Positions 62,911 through 64,000 of a stretch of DNA of 64,000 nt are shown here, in pieces. Position 1 is the stretch's first letter; each line of letters starts with the position of its first letter. Under the pieces are notes generated by a model. It searched no databases. It was given only the letters and a program-made list of their open reading frames with translations, and was not told the DNA's origin. Source of the DNA: Macrostomum lignano (lineage: Eukaryota); NCBI GenBank assembly GCA_002269645.1, contig NIVC01000067.1:682001-746000 (forward strand). The letters are read 5' to 3'. The position numbers and the translations under genes are program-made.

Positions 62911-64000
62911 GTTTGGATACACGCCACTGAGATTTGCGAGATAACTCTCTGGCTGGCTTGCTATCTAACACAGTGTGCATTAACAGCGGCCCTACGTATT
63001 CAAATTTGCTTTGATTTCAAGGACACGGGAGCTGAAGTCTTTGATGAGTCAAGAGATTCGTTCCAAATCTCTTTCCAAACTCCGGTGTCTTAAGTCTTCA
63101 CTACGCGTCAGTAGGTCCATGCAGCTGTCAGCTTGCAGTGTTTACTGCGCGTATCTTTCCTTTAACATCTTTGAAGGAATCTTTGAATACCTTAACGGTC
63201 TTGCTCACTTGTTTGGGTCTTGCTGCGATATTGATATTAAAGACTGCATTGTGGTACTGAGTGGAAGGTCCTCGAATCGAATCCCGATTGGTTTCATTAA
63301 TCTACCGCAATAATGCGTGTCCTAACAAAACAACATTTTCCTATAAAATAAACAAAACTGCAGTTTTTATGTGGATACATCGATTTAACAAAGATTTTTG
63401 CTGTTTTCATGGGCTGCGCCCAGTCTTTGAAGTTTATAATAACAAATGCTTACAGTATTTTAAAGATTTGTTGTTGTTCTAAACTGGCTAATTGTGCAGT
63501 GGGTTCGCGGAGCGTTTAGAGTTTATTTCATTGAACGATGGCCAAAATTTTATTGTTGAAACCAGCAAATATTAGAAAATAGAGAGAAGAATGCCGCAAG
63601 GGGTCTCCGATTAACTCGTTTTACTCAAACACGTGCTGCTAGTGCTGTCTGTCTGTCTGCGTCTGTTGCGTCCACCCCACGCCCCGATAAGCCCCTCCGG
63701 CCTATAGTTGTTGTGCCCGAAGGCAAATCTAGCACAAAATGCCGCCTTTATTTAAAATAGATAAAAGACTGGCAGAATTGTGCTGTCGGTGTTGTATCTC
63801 TTTGCATTCTTGTGCACGTCGTTACACGCTATTATCGGGACGGAGGAGGGCCCGTGCTGCGTACATTTCTGTGACTCGGCTGGGTTGAGCAACAGTTGAC
63901 AGGCCGAATTAGTAGAGAGCAGTTGTAGAGAGGAAAAGTCACGCAGCTTTATCGTGTTACGCAGTTGGCTTGCTTAATACGCCATTGGAGTAGAGTCTGA

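Overview
Eukaryotic (animal) genomic DNA with GC-rich exons in AT-rich, simple-repeat-loaded introns. The poly-Ala/Gln/Gly exon tracts and heavy minisatellite load fit a free-living flatworm such as Macrostomum (inference only). I traced nine protein-coding loci by hand through GT-AG junctions: intronless rpL37 (+); a 5-exon phospholipid scramblase (-) with an intronless rpL18a nested antisense in intron 2; an SLC16/MCT-like MFS transporter (-); an intronless secreted cysteine-rich protein (+); an EGFR-family kinase (+) with a frameshift in its L2 domain; an intronless class A GPCR (+); a ~15-exon ankyrin-repeat TRP channel (+); and glycogenin (+) with a probable large extra exon. The rest is about 25 tandem-repeat arrays, two tRNA-derived SINEs, Mutator-, mariner- and hAT-type MITEs, and decayed mariner and MULE transposases. 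Best leads: the EGFR frameshift at a perfect donor-like motif, the orphan cystine-knot-like secreted protein, the intronless ribosomal-protein pair, the atypical TRP channel, and a 55-bp hairpin module sitting in front of two unrelated satellite arrays.
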